This document shows, piece by piece, positions 26,807-40,119 of a stretch of 64,000 bases of DNA. How positions within the stretch are numbered: position 1 is the stretch's first letter; each line of letters begins with the position of its first letter. Under the pieces are notes generated by a model. It was not told where the DNA came from and did not search any database. It was given only the letters and a program-made list of their open reading frames with translations. The DNA lies in NCBI GenBank assembly GCA_012295275.1, contig CM022673.1, forward strand, positions 1,240,001-1,304,000, read 5' to 3'. Source of the DNA: Chrysomallon squamiferum. Taxonomy: Eukaryota; Animalia; Mollusca. Made by a program: the position numbers and the translations under genes.

Positions 26807-28745
26807 GCTTTGAGAAGATGCTGAAAGTTAGAAAACAGTTAAACTAAAATATATGTCAGTTGTACGTATTATTCATGAATAAATACAGATATTAATACAG
26901 CAATGACTAAGGTATATGTTAATCTTATATTTTAACAGTTTGTAGAAAAAGCCAGTGTATGTTCACGTTTTGGGTTCACGGAAACAACTATTATATATAT
27001 ATATATATATATTTTCTTTTTTTTCTTTCGCTTTCTTTATTTTATCAACTGGTTTTCAGACAAGAAATAGTTGTACTCACTGACATAAGTTCATGTACCG
27101 ATTAACCTTTTCCAACCATTTAATTAAAGTATTCTTTGGTCTTGATGTACTTCCTATTAATAGAATTAAACAGACCATCCAAAAAATAAATGATAATTAA
27201 ATAAATAAATAAAATAATAATAATAATAATAATAATAAAATAAATTAGGAGTAAATCTTTTGTTCACCAACTGTGACGTCACCAGCATAAATATACATTT
27301 CCTGGAAGAAAGTGTCGTATTCCGAAAAACCCCATAAATTAAAAATATTTCCTGGTTTGTCAGATAACCTGTTATTATGTTAATATATTTCTTTACTTAG
27401 CAACCGTATAGGAAAACCAAAATATTATACTTTTAATTACAGAGTAATTGAAAGAATCACATTTAAATGTTTTCTACAGAAAACTACTTTGACAAAGAAA
27501 AAAAAACAAAAAAACTATTTACAAAAGATCATTTAAACCTACGAAAGATGTTCTTCCGTTTACTTGTATTTATTTTCTATTTTATTAATATATTTCCCCC
27601 CCCCCTTAAATTACATTAACATCAACGTAGAGGGCGCGACTAAAGGGCAAATAATTCAGGGAGGTTTCTCAATGTGTAATAAATAATGGAAAGGCAAAAG
27701 TTAATCCTATCTGGAAGTGCGAGCAGGTATTTGAATGTTTATTGATGAAGAGGATCACTTCAAAGGCGCTGTCTTGCTGACACACGTGACAAATAGGTGA
27801 TCTTTTTGTTACGTCGTCCACATGACTCGGGGCGACTTCAAGATGTCATCCATCTTTGAGCGGAGTCGCGGAAGTGTCTGTCAAACTTCTCGAAGCAAAC
27901 GTCGCGTTTTTACAGTCGCGCCTAAATGACTGTACGCTTAAGTACAGGTAATTTTATTAACTGCTGCAATAAAATTAAATCAATATAACTGCCTGTTTCT
28001 CTGAATCAGTTTCTATATTACTGTGTGTGTGTGTGTGTGTACGTGTATTTATGCGTGTGTGTATGCATTTTTGTATGTATGTATGTATGTCTTTTTTGTA
28101 TATGTATACGTATATCTGAATTCAGAATTGTCGCTATGTTTCTGTATGTGATTATCTTAGTGTACTTCTGGCTGAAAATCTTAAAATTACTGAATGATTA
28201 TTAACAGATTGTTTTCCAATGTATCCGATATAAAATTTCAATTTCATTGCATCATTATTTGTATTTTGGATACATTTTTTATTTAAAAAAAAAAAAAAAA
28301 TTTTTGGAGGGGGTGTCTAGAATGTAAAGATTAGACTGGAATAAAATTATCGTGTTTGGCAATGAGGTATACAGAAATAAATCGATCTGACGGAGTCAAG
28401 TCGAGTCGAGAGATAGACGTAAATAAATAAACACACAAATAAGTAAATAAATAACTGGCTTATCTTGTAGCTCTTTACATTTATGCTGTGTAATAATAAA
28501 CCACATTCAGAGGGTTTTGATGTAAATTATGGGCAGTTTGGTTCAGCCACAACACAAGAAAGAAAAACATCTTGGTATTTTGATAGCATTTTTGCTGTTT
28601 TCTGCGTCATTAATCGTTTAAACAGTTTCAGTCTGTTTTGTTGTAAACAACGAAGTACCTCGTTTATTTTGACACTCGATCGATTCGAAATAATTATTTA
28701 ATATAAAAGCAATGTTTACACGTTTTCCAAAACTGTCACACACTT

Positions 28746-28786
<41 letters not shown>

Positions 28787-29365
28787 TGCACATATATGAA
28801 TGCAGCCATAAATAAATACATCCATGCAGACGTACATTTTTAGATATTTTATTTTACACTTCTTCACTCAAAATATATAGACGCGTGTGTATCTATGTAT
28901 GTATGTATGTATGTATGTATGTATGTATGTATGTATCTATATATGTATGTATATACATTTGTATGTTCAAAATCTGTATTAATTAGGATCGGAACTGAGA
29001 AGGAAAGATTATACTTGTGCAGCGAGACTCAGAGGCAGGAAATGAAGTGTATAATTACGTCTAATAACTGATTCACTTATTACTGAACGACAAAGAACAT
29101 AATAAACTTTTTGATAATAACATAACGTAATCAGTTTGTTTTAGAAAAATAGATGCACATTTGTATTATGGTCGATCCAGCAAAATTTCAGACTTCAGCA
29201 TTCATTAGTTTCTGTTATTAATATATTAATGTTTTGTATGCGTATACAAACAAAACTGAGGTCAAAAGGGAGCTTACCACTGTTACAGTTATCCATGACA
29301 GCAAAACACCTGTTCAGAATGAGCCCATTAACTTTTACACAGAGCAGATATACTTGCATGGGGGG

Positions 29366-29441
<76 letters not shown>

Positions 29442-31597
29442 TAACAATTAAAAATACACATACAGATATACAGATAAACACTGACAAGCATAAATAACAG
29501 TTTTAACTGATATTGATTACAACAATGGTTATTAATACAGAGGATTGATTGTCTTGAATAATAAAGCTAAAAAGAACTGTTGTGTAGCAGAATGTATCCT
29601 AAATACAATTGATATAATACTGGGTAAGTGGGATTTTTCTGTTAATAGAGTTCAATTTTTGCTAATAATAAAGTATGAAGCAAATACTGACAATCGGTTC
29701 GAGTAGAAATTGCAAAATCTGATATCATTACAATGTTATAGCGTGCTCAGTCTGTTAGGAACTTTTCTGATTTCATTTCATTGTATAAAATAATACAGAC
29801 TATAACAGGTTAATATCTGTGAAGAAATAAAAACAGTTGTATTTGTAATTTATTTTAAATTTTTCTGCTTCAGTGTGATTACCACTTTTGTATGATTTTG
29901 AACTGAAATATATAAATAAATAGATAGATATCTTCCCAAAGATAACGATAATGGATTTGGCAACTGAATACAGTCTCATTTTCACTATTCACATTTATCA
30001 GTAGAAAAGAAACATCCCTGAAATTTATAAATTTCAAATATAAGTTCCGTTGACGTGTGTAACGTCTTTTTCTGTCTATAAAAAGAAATTTTTGTATCAA
30101 CGTAGGCGTTGACGTATTTCTGGCGCCTCAATTTTGTACGTAAGACAGAATCTTTGCTTTCGTGATACAAGTTGTCTCCCTTGATAGCGTTTTAGGTGAT
30201 AAATGCAAGAGGAAATGTACATTGGCAGTGTTGGTGAATACTTATCTGAATGATAGTCATTACTAAAGGTAGGATAAAATGATGTAACTTCTCCTGATGA
30301 TTTTTTATCGCCTTTTCTTTTCATTTCTTTGTTGGAGTAATGGAAAGAAGTATGAACTAATTGTTGACTGTTACACTGGTTTCAGAAGCTGTTGAAGTAC
30401 AATTTAGCAAACTGTTTCCTTGTTTAGCAAATATCATGCCAAAAAAAAAAAAAAAAGGGGGATTTTTTTTCTCTCTCTGACAATTTCTATAATAAACCAA
30501 ACAGGCTGCTGACGTTATATACATTTATTAAGCAACTTTTATCTTTGAAATTATCAACGAATGAAAGATATTTACATAACAATGACGCAGTTTACGAAAC
30601 TCCGAAGTTTAATCATTGTAAGTACAGCTGGTGTCATCTGTAAAATATTCCACCTCGCTGTCTTAAATACTTTTTGAAATAACGAAGTAATTGCTAAAAC
30701 ATCTGGAAAAACAAAACAAAACAACAACAACAACAACATCCAATATCATGTTAATATAATTTGCTATTTATAAACGTACCTTAAGCTGTTATCAACTACA
30801 AAGCAAACGAAGATTACGTAAATTAAGAAAATGTTATCTTCAAGATTCTTATCAAAGTTTTGTCCAGACTGTTGGTTTTAGACGAAGCCTTACAAGCGAT
30901 TTACACGGCTTCTTAATTGTAACGCTAATATTGACATGCTGAAGTTTATTCCGTCTTTCACTAGATGAACAAAAAGAAAAATATTCAGCGTGTAAACCTT
31001 GCATTTATCTGCAAATTGTCCTTCAAAATATATATATTTTATCTACACATTTTTTTTCTTAGGTTTAGCCCACCCTAGAAGTGTCTCAAAGATATTTTAA
31101 GAAAATACTTAATTATATTTTAGTTTATTTCATTTATCACCGCAACTTTTACTTTTGAGAATCCACGTTCAAGTATTTACGATAACAATAATCGGGTGAG
31201 GGCAAATTATATAATACTAACAGGCGCAAAGTAAATATTCTACGAATTTGTAATCTGTTTTATTACATTTAAAGTTTTCCCCAGTCTGGCATGCCCCTTC
31301 AACTCTGGCGTTATGCAGGTGCAGGAGCTGTATGCATTTTATAGATGCAGCATATATATTTATATACTGGCTTACATTTTTATAAAATATTTTGAAATAA
31401 TTTTAACGAGAATTGTCCATCAGTTACTTGTACTGCTTCTATTACTACTACTATTATTACCATCACTGCTACTGCTGCTGCAGTTACTACTATTACTACT
31501 TTACTAGTATTACTACTACAACCACTACTGCTGCTACAACTGCAACTACTTTTGCCACCACCACCACCACCACTACTACTACTATTATCACCACCAT

Positions 31598-31677
<80 letters not shown>

Positions 31678-31985
31678 GATTATTAATTTTTTTTTTAAAT
31701 GTTCCATACCTTTTTTGTTCAGTATATGTCAGAAACGTTAAACATAGTGACCATGAAACGTTCAACAGCCAACTGGCGTTCTGGTCATAAAATCAATGAA
31801 TTTTTCTTAGAAATATTTTCTTTGATTAAACTGTCATAAGAAATAAAGGTCACTTTCTTCCTTAAAAAAAATGTGTTGCTTGTTATTTATTTATATATTT
31901 ATTTGTATACGTATTTATATATATTTTTGTCTGTTTGTTTATATGTTTGTTTGTTAGTTTCTTTTTATTTATTTATTCATTATTA

Positions 31986-32055
<70 letters not shown>

Positions 32056-32920
32056 TTTGATATTAAATGAAAAAACAAGTTCCACATAAATTCTTGATTC
32101 ACACAATAGGATCAGAAGGTATTCTTCCATACTTTGAAGACTGGTTAGACCTAATAAGGTTTGCTGAGTTATTGCGGTCGATAAATCAGCCAAAACAACA
32201 TATAATAATGTATTATAGTATTGAGCTTATGTGTCTCCAGAATGTCATCAGTACAGCATAAAACCATAATACTACCCCCCCCCAAAAAAAAACAACAACA
32301 ACAACAACAACCAAAACAACAATGACAGCACCTAAACCATCAGCATTCTTTTTTTAGGACTGGAATAATTGTTCTCAACGATTGACGTAATTCAGGTTAA
32401 TAACTAAGATCAGTGAATATTACAAGATAAGTGGCTTAACTCTACTACAGGTTTCCGAAATGTTTCCGACATATTCCTCGGATTATTATATGTTTTGTCC
32501 TGCCAGTTCGTAAACTATGAAATTTAACTTACTATTTTAAATAGGTGATTATATATGTATATTTGTATATGCACTAATGTATATTTACTGTGCAGTTATG
32601 TTTATCAGTAAAGCTTTATGAATTGTAACCAGTTTATTTTATATGTTGCAAAGTTATTAGATGCAATACAAAAGTAAGTCAATGTTAACTGTGTGTTAAA
32701 ATTAAATAAAAACTGCAATTATAAAAACAACTGTTTGGTGTTGTTATTCGAGAAAACAAGACGTAGAGCTGTACTATTGCGTCTGTCTGTATCTATGTGT
32801 GTCTGTGATGTGTGTGTGTGTGAGAGAGAGACAGGGGAGAGAGATATGACAGACAGATATACAGATGATTGATTGATTCAGAGAAGACTGACAGTAGAGG
32901 GAATAAATGAATAAACAGAT

Positions 32921-33022
32921 GAGAAAGGAAAGACTCTCCATCGCTTACTGGGCTACTCTTATCTTTTATCTGGGACTTGAGATAAACAAGTAAGAACATT
33001 TTATAACCTTTGATAAACCACT
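32921..33022 (-). mobile_element. Decayed MetaSINE-like fragment
   Basis: TGGGCTACTCTT..ATCTTTTAT and ACCTTTGATAAACCA are shared with the 9236 and 11285 copies. Confidence 0.35.
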
Positions 33023-33156
33023 TACAGGCATTTGCTTAAACAGATATTGCAGATAAAATGCACCCAGGAGGTTTGATCTTGTATCCCTTCACAGCTCTGA
33101 AACAGAACGAAAAGCAGAACGAAACTATGAAGACAATTAATACAGGAGAGACAGAG

Positions 33157-33251
<95 letters not shown>

Positions 33252-33273
33252 GAGAGACAGACAGAGAGAGAAA

Positions 33274-33341
<68 letters not shown>

Positions 33342-34601
33342 GAGAGAGAGAGAGAAAAAAAACACTTACAGAAAAACTGAGAGAATGAAAAACCCATATA
33401 TATATATATATATATATATCAATTTTATCTTATTTTTTCTTTCTATTCCATATATGTGTGTATGTGTTTGTGTGTTTTTCAATCAGTCAATTTTTCTCTG
33501 TCTTCCTCTCTCTTCATTCTGTCATACTTATATATATATATATATATATTATCTTATTCCATCTCTCTGTTCCATGTGTATGTGTGTATAAATAAATGGG
33601 AAAGCAAGAGAAAAAGAGATAAAATTAATTTACTGATTACTAACTCTAAACATTACAAACTGAAAATGCAAATTAAGCAACATTCTGAAAATATCACACA
33701 AAATAACAACAATTATCTCAATGGTTTATTCTCGCTTGATGGCTGGAAATTAGTTTCTCCAAGTATGTTTCAACTCAGCCAGGCCGAACCTACACCAGTC
33801 ACTTACAAAAAAGACAGGCTGTTTGGAATTCTCAAATTTATTTCCTACAAGAAAAAACCCAATTAACATTACATGTCAGGTTCATTTTTACTAAAAAGTC
33901 CTATCATTTAGCTTCCAGAACTATCCCCGCAAGAGAGAGAGAGAAAGAGAGAAAGAGAGAGAGAGAGGGGAGAAATGGAAAAAAAGACTTTTATATATGG
34001 TTTTTATTCTTGTTTTATCATTAATGTTGGCGATGTAACGATTCAGGACAGATTTCGGTGTTTGGAAAAAGAGAGAGGCGAAACTCCTCAGAGCAGTGAC
34101 TGCAGTCTACAGATTATAAAAACGATCATTCTGATAAACTGCACAGGAGTCAGTTGCTGGGTTGTAAACTGTTAGTTCTGTGTTCAAGCAATATTTTGTG
34201 AATGTTTCGTGAACAACAACAACAACAAAAAAAATAAAGATATTGAAAAATAAACTTAAGCAGATTTTATTAATTTGTTTCGAATTAAACTGGATGTTTA
34301 CTGCAGAACGGATTTTCCTGTCAACATTGGCCAAATGATTTAAATATCTATGATCGAAATATTTTTTCGATTTATCCAAATAATCGATTCGTTTTATATA
34401 AAAGGCTAAGACTCGATGTTTAGGATTATTTAGTAATGAAAAAAACAGTAAAATATTACTTTTTATCAAATATGGAGCCAGAATTGCGCACAAGCTGAAC
34501 ATTCAGTGGTGAAAATATCGGAAGAAAAGAAAAACCAAACATAAACTCAGACAATTCAGTAAAAGGTAAGTAATTGCAACTTAAAAAGACTTGCAGAATA
34601 A

Positions 34602-34632
<31 letters not shown>

Positions 34633-37292
34633 ATATAGTTTATTTCAAACGAGAACAAATGAATAAATAAATAAATAAATAAATAAAATAAATAAATAAA
34701 TAAATAAAATAAAATAAAATAAAATAAATAAATATAAAAAAAAAGTTATATGTTTGCACTGTCTGATAATATAACCCGAACAGTTTGAACTTTCAGCACG
34801 CTGCAAATATATGTTTCCCTTTCTTACGAACAAAACTGAACGTATAACTGACAGCCGGAAGACACATTCCGCACATGCATGTTAGACGAAAGTAAATAAA
34901 GATGGCAGATTGTTTGTAAATGTCCATAATACGTGTTAGTGTTGTTTACACGACGGCAAGACTTATTCCCGAATACCATGCCAGTGCTGATTATAACTGT
35001 ACCTCTTCTTCCGCATCTAACTTATCTTAATTTTCTCATCACCTGTGTAGGAAACAGTGCAACAGGTGCGTCGTTCTACCTGGTCGTAAAGATCTGTCTT
35101 GCAATACACCTCGACAGATTGTCACCAACGCTTACCTGCAGTTTCCTGAATTTGCAACGTTAAACGCTACCTGCCTATCACAAAAATTACAGATTGTTTG
35201 AAACTCGTGTATATCAATTAAAGAAGCCAGTAAAAGTGACTGCAATCTCCTATTTTAAACCCGTGTCGTCCACAAGGATGAGATAATGAACCGCCTAAAG
35301 TCGTTTCTCTTAAGCCTTGAACAGAAAATAAATCAAATTTTTTTGTCTTGATTAATAAGCATTGTTTTTTACGAGACACCTTTTTATTTATCGGTATTTC
35401 AGAAGAGAAACACTAATATCGATAATTTTCGAAAGTCATTTAAGAAGAAGGATTGATATCGATAGTTCCAAACAGAATGATTAGTATCGACAGTATACTG
35501 ATTTTACTTCTTCTAATAAAAAATATAGTTATTATAATTATCTATATTAATTTTCCTTTTGTTCGAATGTTACCAATTTTTATTCTTTTGAAAATTGTCA
35601 GTTTTAATATTTCTCGTCTAAATATCGATGTAAATATGTCTCAGTGGGAATTAATCGACATTAGAACGCAGAAATGTCGATGTTCACTTTTTATGCTTGA
35701 GATATATTGATATCTTTTTTTTTTCATTTTTTTAAATTTACTTTTATTATTATTATATTTTTAAAATAAGATTAGTATTAATTTCATTTCGTTGAAAGAT
35801 ATCGATATTGATATCGATATTGATTGTCACTAGAACGATATCGATAGAACGATATCTATAATTATGTTTTTCACTTTAGATTTATAATTACATTTGAAAG
35901 ATACGGAAACAGTTGTCGAAATATCGATAATATCGCTTCGTTTATCGATATTAAACATCTCAGTTTAAAAGTATATTTATTGTTTCTCTAAATAAATCGA
36001 TAATAACAGTTCTAGACCTCAGTACATATGTATTTAACTCTAGTGACATTAAGGCTTATTGCTGTGACATTTTGCTGTTCACACTCCTGATCTAACACTT
36101 TTTACTCCTCAGATATTGTTGTTAACATTTCTGTCCTAAAATACATTTCGCTTGTTTTCAGTTTACAAAATATCAATATCATCACTCTAAACATATCGAG
36201 ACTAATATTTCATACTTTAAGGAAATCGAGAATAAGATTATTTTTGAAATATATCGATAAAAGTATGGTTTCTTAAACTATAAATGCTGATGTTAAATTT
36301 CTTTTATCTAAAAGTATCGATATTATCGCGTTTCACATTATAGATATCGATATTATTATTTCTATAGCGATATTTATGTTTATCGTTTAATGACATCACA
36401 AATGTATTATAATTAATTTATCCAGAAGTACAGTATACAATAATTATGAATAAATGAACAATAGCATGCTGTCTCCAACTTTTTGTGCTAATTCAATAGG
36501 CTCTTAACAATAACGTTATCAATTAAACTTATTGTTAAACAGTTAAAGGTGTAAAACATACTTTATAGTTCAATCTCCATATTGAGGTTCATCTTTTAGC
36601 ATTCAGTGATTAATATTTTAAGACGACAGTTGAGTTATACGTTTCATGTTATTCAAACTGAACATTCAACACAGACAATAAAATAAAATTACAGTCAGAA
36701 ACAAATTGTTAGTTTTTGCCTCTTAAAACACTTTTATTGGCATAGCTATTTTAATCTGTTAATAAAGTGTTAGAAATGAATACTGAAATACCATTATTAT
36801 TCAATATAACGAGTTCATATTCACTTTATTTTATTTTATTTTTTTTAATGAGAGGTACATTTTTTATTTTGTTCATTGTGTATTTCATTTTATATTTATA
36901 CATTAAAAATTAATTATGTTTCTAATTTCCTTAAACATGTCTTAATTTAAATAATGTTGCAGTGACCCAGACTAATTTATTTCACTGATTTACTTTACCT
37001 GACCAGTATATATATGAAAAAAAAAAACATATACATCGACACCGTTTTTCTGTTACTTTGCGTATACATTTACAATCATTTAAATGCGATTTCTTTCTAT
37101 TTAGATTTATTTTGTTTTTGTTTTAAAATTTGTCTTTTCACTTGAAGTATCGTCGTTTGCAGATTGATGTGGCGCCAGTGTTTGTGAGGCTGATTATTCA
37201 AGAAACCTTAAATTTATACATATAATGTTTAACGGCATTTTACTTCGTAGTTATTTCGTATTAGTTGGGAGGGAGGGAGGGAGAGAGAGGGG

Positions 37293-37384
<92 letters not shown>

Positions 37385-38382
37385 CATTTTCAGCACGCTA
37401 AGACACACGCTCGCAGTTTGATAAACATGGCCTTTTCTTACGAATCCTTACTCAAACGCAAAAGCGTATATCACTTCTTTTTATTATCCACTTACAGTGC
37501 TCTGACTGGAAAGAATGAAACAATCAGCGATGTATCTCAATGAACTAATAACAGAATATTCGTTTAATAAAATCGTAGCATTATCTAAAGATAAGTTTAT
37601 ACTTCTTGTATGATTTATACAGCGAAACGTTGCTCAGAGGACTATTCCTGTCAATTACACATTAACAAAAAAACATGTACTTTAAAACATGTAGGTTGAT
37701 TACACAGTCATGCATATAAACTTCCTTGTTTGTAAAACCGAATAACGTCAGACTGAAATATCTCTAGCGCCGAAAAGGTTCCTGGAGGCAAAATCTTCAA
37801 TCCTCGCATCCATGCCGATATTTAACTGAATTTAACAACTGTCTCAAGATTTCTCTGTTGAAATAGGTGATCAAAGTCGGTAGATAAAAAAAGTAATGAT
37901 AAGAAAAAAAACAAAAACAAAAAAAAACTATCTATTAACTCCCACCCATCAGCAAGGTGAAAGATGAGGAAATAATCAAACTAAGAGATCTTTGATTGTT
38001 CTTCTTCACAACGAAACCCGGTTTTCATGGAATTAGAATCGTTTGCTAAAGAGATTTTTTTTTTTAAAAATCGATTCAGAATTGTAATATAATAATGCCA
38101 CATATTGTGAAGTAGTTTGAAACTTCAGATTTAAGAATTACAGGATGTAGTAAAAACAGCAGGTTTATTTGAAAGAAACGTTAACTTTCATTTTTTTTTT
38201 GAGCTACTGACATGTCAAGATAACCAATATTCCTTTCAGTGTCTTCCAAGTCATAACTCATTAAAAGCGTATTGGATCTGAGGTTTGAGAATATTAAAAC
38301 AAAAATGAAGTCATTTGTTAGTTGTAAAACATATAATCGAAAACATCGTGTAAAATACGGATAAAGTAAGAGATCTGGTACA

Positions 38383-38745
38383 GTTGTGAAATATTCTATA
38401 AAATACTTGTTTTGTGAGATAGTCTATAAATTATTTATATTGTGAGATATCTTATAAAATATTAGTTTTGAGAGATATCCTATAAAATACTTGTTTGTGA
38501 GATATCCTAAAAATTATTTATATTGTGAGATATCCTATAAAATACTTGTTTTGTGAGACATTCTATAAATTATTTATATTGTGAGATATCCTATAAAATA
38601 CTTGTTTTGGTGAGATATCCTATAAATTATTTATATTGTGAGATATCCTATACAATACTTATTTTGTGAGACATTCTATAAATTAATTATATTGTGATAT
38701 CTGCTATAAAATACTTGCATTGTAAGAAATCACATAAAATACTTT
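38383..38745. repeat. 28-bp minisatellite, about 13 units, two mostly alternating variants
   Basis: Units TTGTGAGATATCCTATAAAATACTTGTT and TTGTGAGATATCCTATAAATTATTTATA repeat in tandem. Confidence 0.9.
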
Positions 38746-39179
38746 TTATATATAAAAATATCGTTCTTGTGAGACATCTTGAGTAAAACTTGTATTGTGA
38801 AATGTCCCAAAAAGTCACGTATTTTAGCCTATAAAAATAAGTATAACACAGCACACCAAATAAAATATTTTTAATGCAGCACATCATGTATAAAGTACAT
38901 GTAATACAGCAGATTATGTAAAATATATGTAATTATGGGAAATTATTGAACGTGTATGCAATATAGCACACTGTCATTAATATACGCGTAATATAGACCA
39001 TAGATCAAGTAAAGTACATGTAATAAGCATAGTGTAAAGTACGCGAAGTATGGAATATCGTGCAAACAATGCATAATTCATCTGTAAAGCACAATATATT
39101 AAACACGTGAAATGCAGCATGTGATGAGAAATACGCGTAATATAGATCATCATGAACAATACAAGCATATAGCAAACAG

Positions 39180-39832
39180 CAGCGGTTCTCAAACTTTATG
39201 AAGTCGGGACACACTTGAAGCCTTAAAAAAAAAAATGCGGGCACACTACACACAAAATGCTAAAAAATACAGAAATAACTGAAAGAAGGATATTGCGGCT
39301 GAATCGGTTGCGTAGTAGGCTGCCGAGATTGTCTGTCCTCATTGGCTACATCCATGTCAGATTCTTCATAAACGGTTCTCGTCTGGAATCTGTATCGTTT
39401 GTTTTTCTGTGAGAGATGTTCACTGATATATTTAGAGTTACCGCCCTTGTGTGAGAGATGTTTACTGACATATTTAGAGTTACCGCCCTTGTGTGTGAGA
39501 TGTTCACTGATATATTTAGTTATCGCCCTTGTGTGAGAGATGTTCAATGATATATTTAGAGTTACCGCCCTTGTGTGAGTATATACCTTTATTCATCATT
39601 TATTTTGTGCTGATGAGAAGTATGAGCCTGACATGTCTTGGCAATTTCTTCAAAAATATTGTAATATAAAATACAAAGCAATGGACTGTTAATATGTCAA
39701 AAATAATCTTTATTATCAATTTTTTACCATCACAAATATATATATATACCTAGATCCTAGAATTTCATGGGGGACACCTAAGCAGGCACCGGGGGCACCA
39801 CTGCGCCCGTGCACGCCCTTTGAGAACCACTG
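39180..39832. mobile_element. hAT-superfamily (Charlie-like) MITE, about 653 bp
   Basis: TIRs CAGCGGTTCTCAAA (from 39180) and TTTGAGAACCACTG (to 39832). Flanks GCAAACAG and GAATACAG match at 6/8 as a decayed 8-bp TSD. GG(G)CACAC-type subterminal motifs at both ends. No transposase ORF. Confidence 0.75.
39408..39579. repeat. 42-bp tandem repeat (about 4 copies) inside the MITE
   Basis: Unit TGTGAGAGATGTTCACTGATATATTTAGAGTTACCGCCCTTG. Confidence 0.9.
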
Positions 39833-40073
39833 GAATACAGTATACAAATATGTGTTATACCACACATTATGTGAAATACGTATAACACATGATGTAAAGT
39901 ACGTTTTATGTAGCAAGTCATATATACTACGCATAATTTTGCACATTATATATGTGACGGAGACAGATAATCTTGTCTTTGCTTTAAGCAAAACCCGGTT
40001 ATCTATGAAAATGTGTTTCATTAGATTCCTTTCTTTTAAAAATATTAACTACATACATTTCATTAACGTGCTA

Positions 40074-40119
<46 letters not shown>

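Noticed and set aside
31285-31312. Partial similarity to miR-133 (CCCCTTCAAC); also miR-92-like at ~17726 and miR-34-like at ~30223
   Set aside because: Only short partial matches, with no paired hairpin.
38383-39579. CRISPR-like appearance of 28- and 42-bp repeats
   Set aside because: Head-to-tail units without unique spacers, in a eukaryotic context with no cas genes.
39610-39660. Minus-strand IFEEIAKTCQAHTSH, reminiscent of a Charlie/Buster transposase C-terminus
   Set aside because: Too short, no stop after the motif, and upstream sequence does not continue the similarity.
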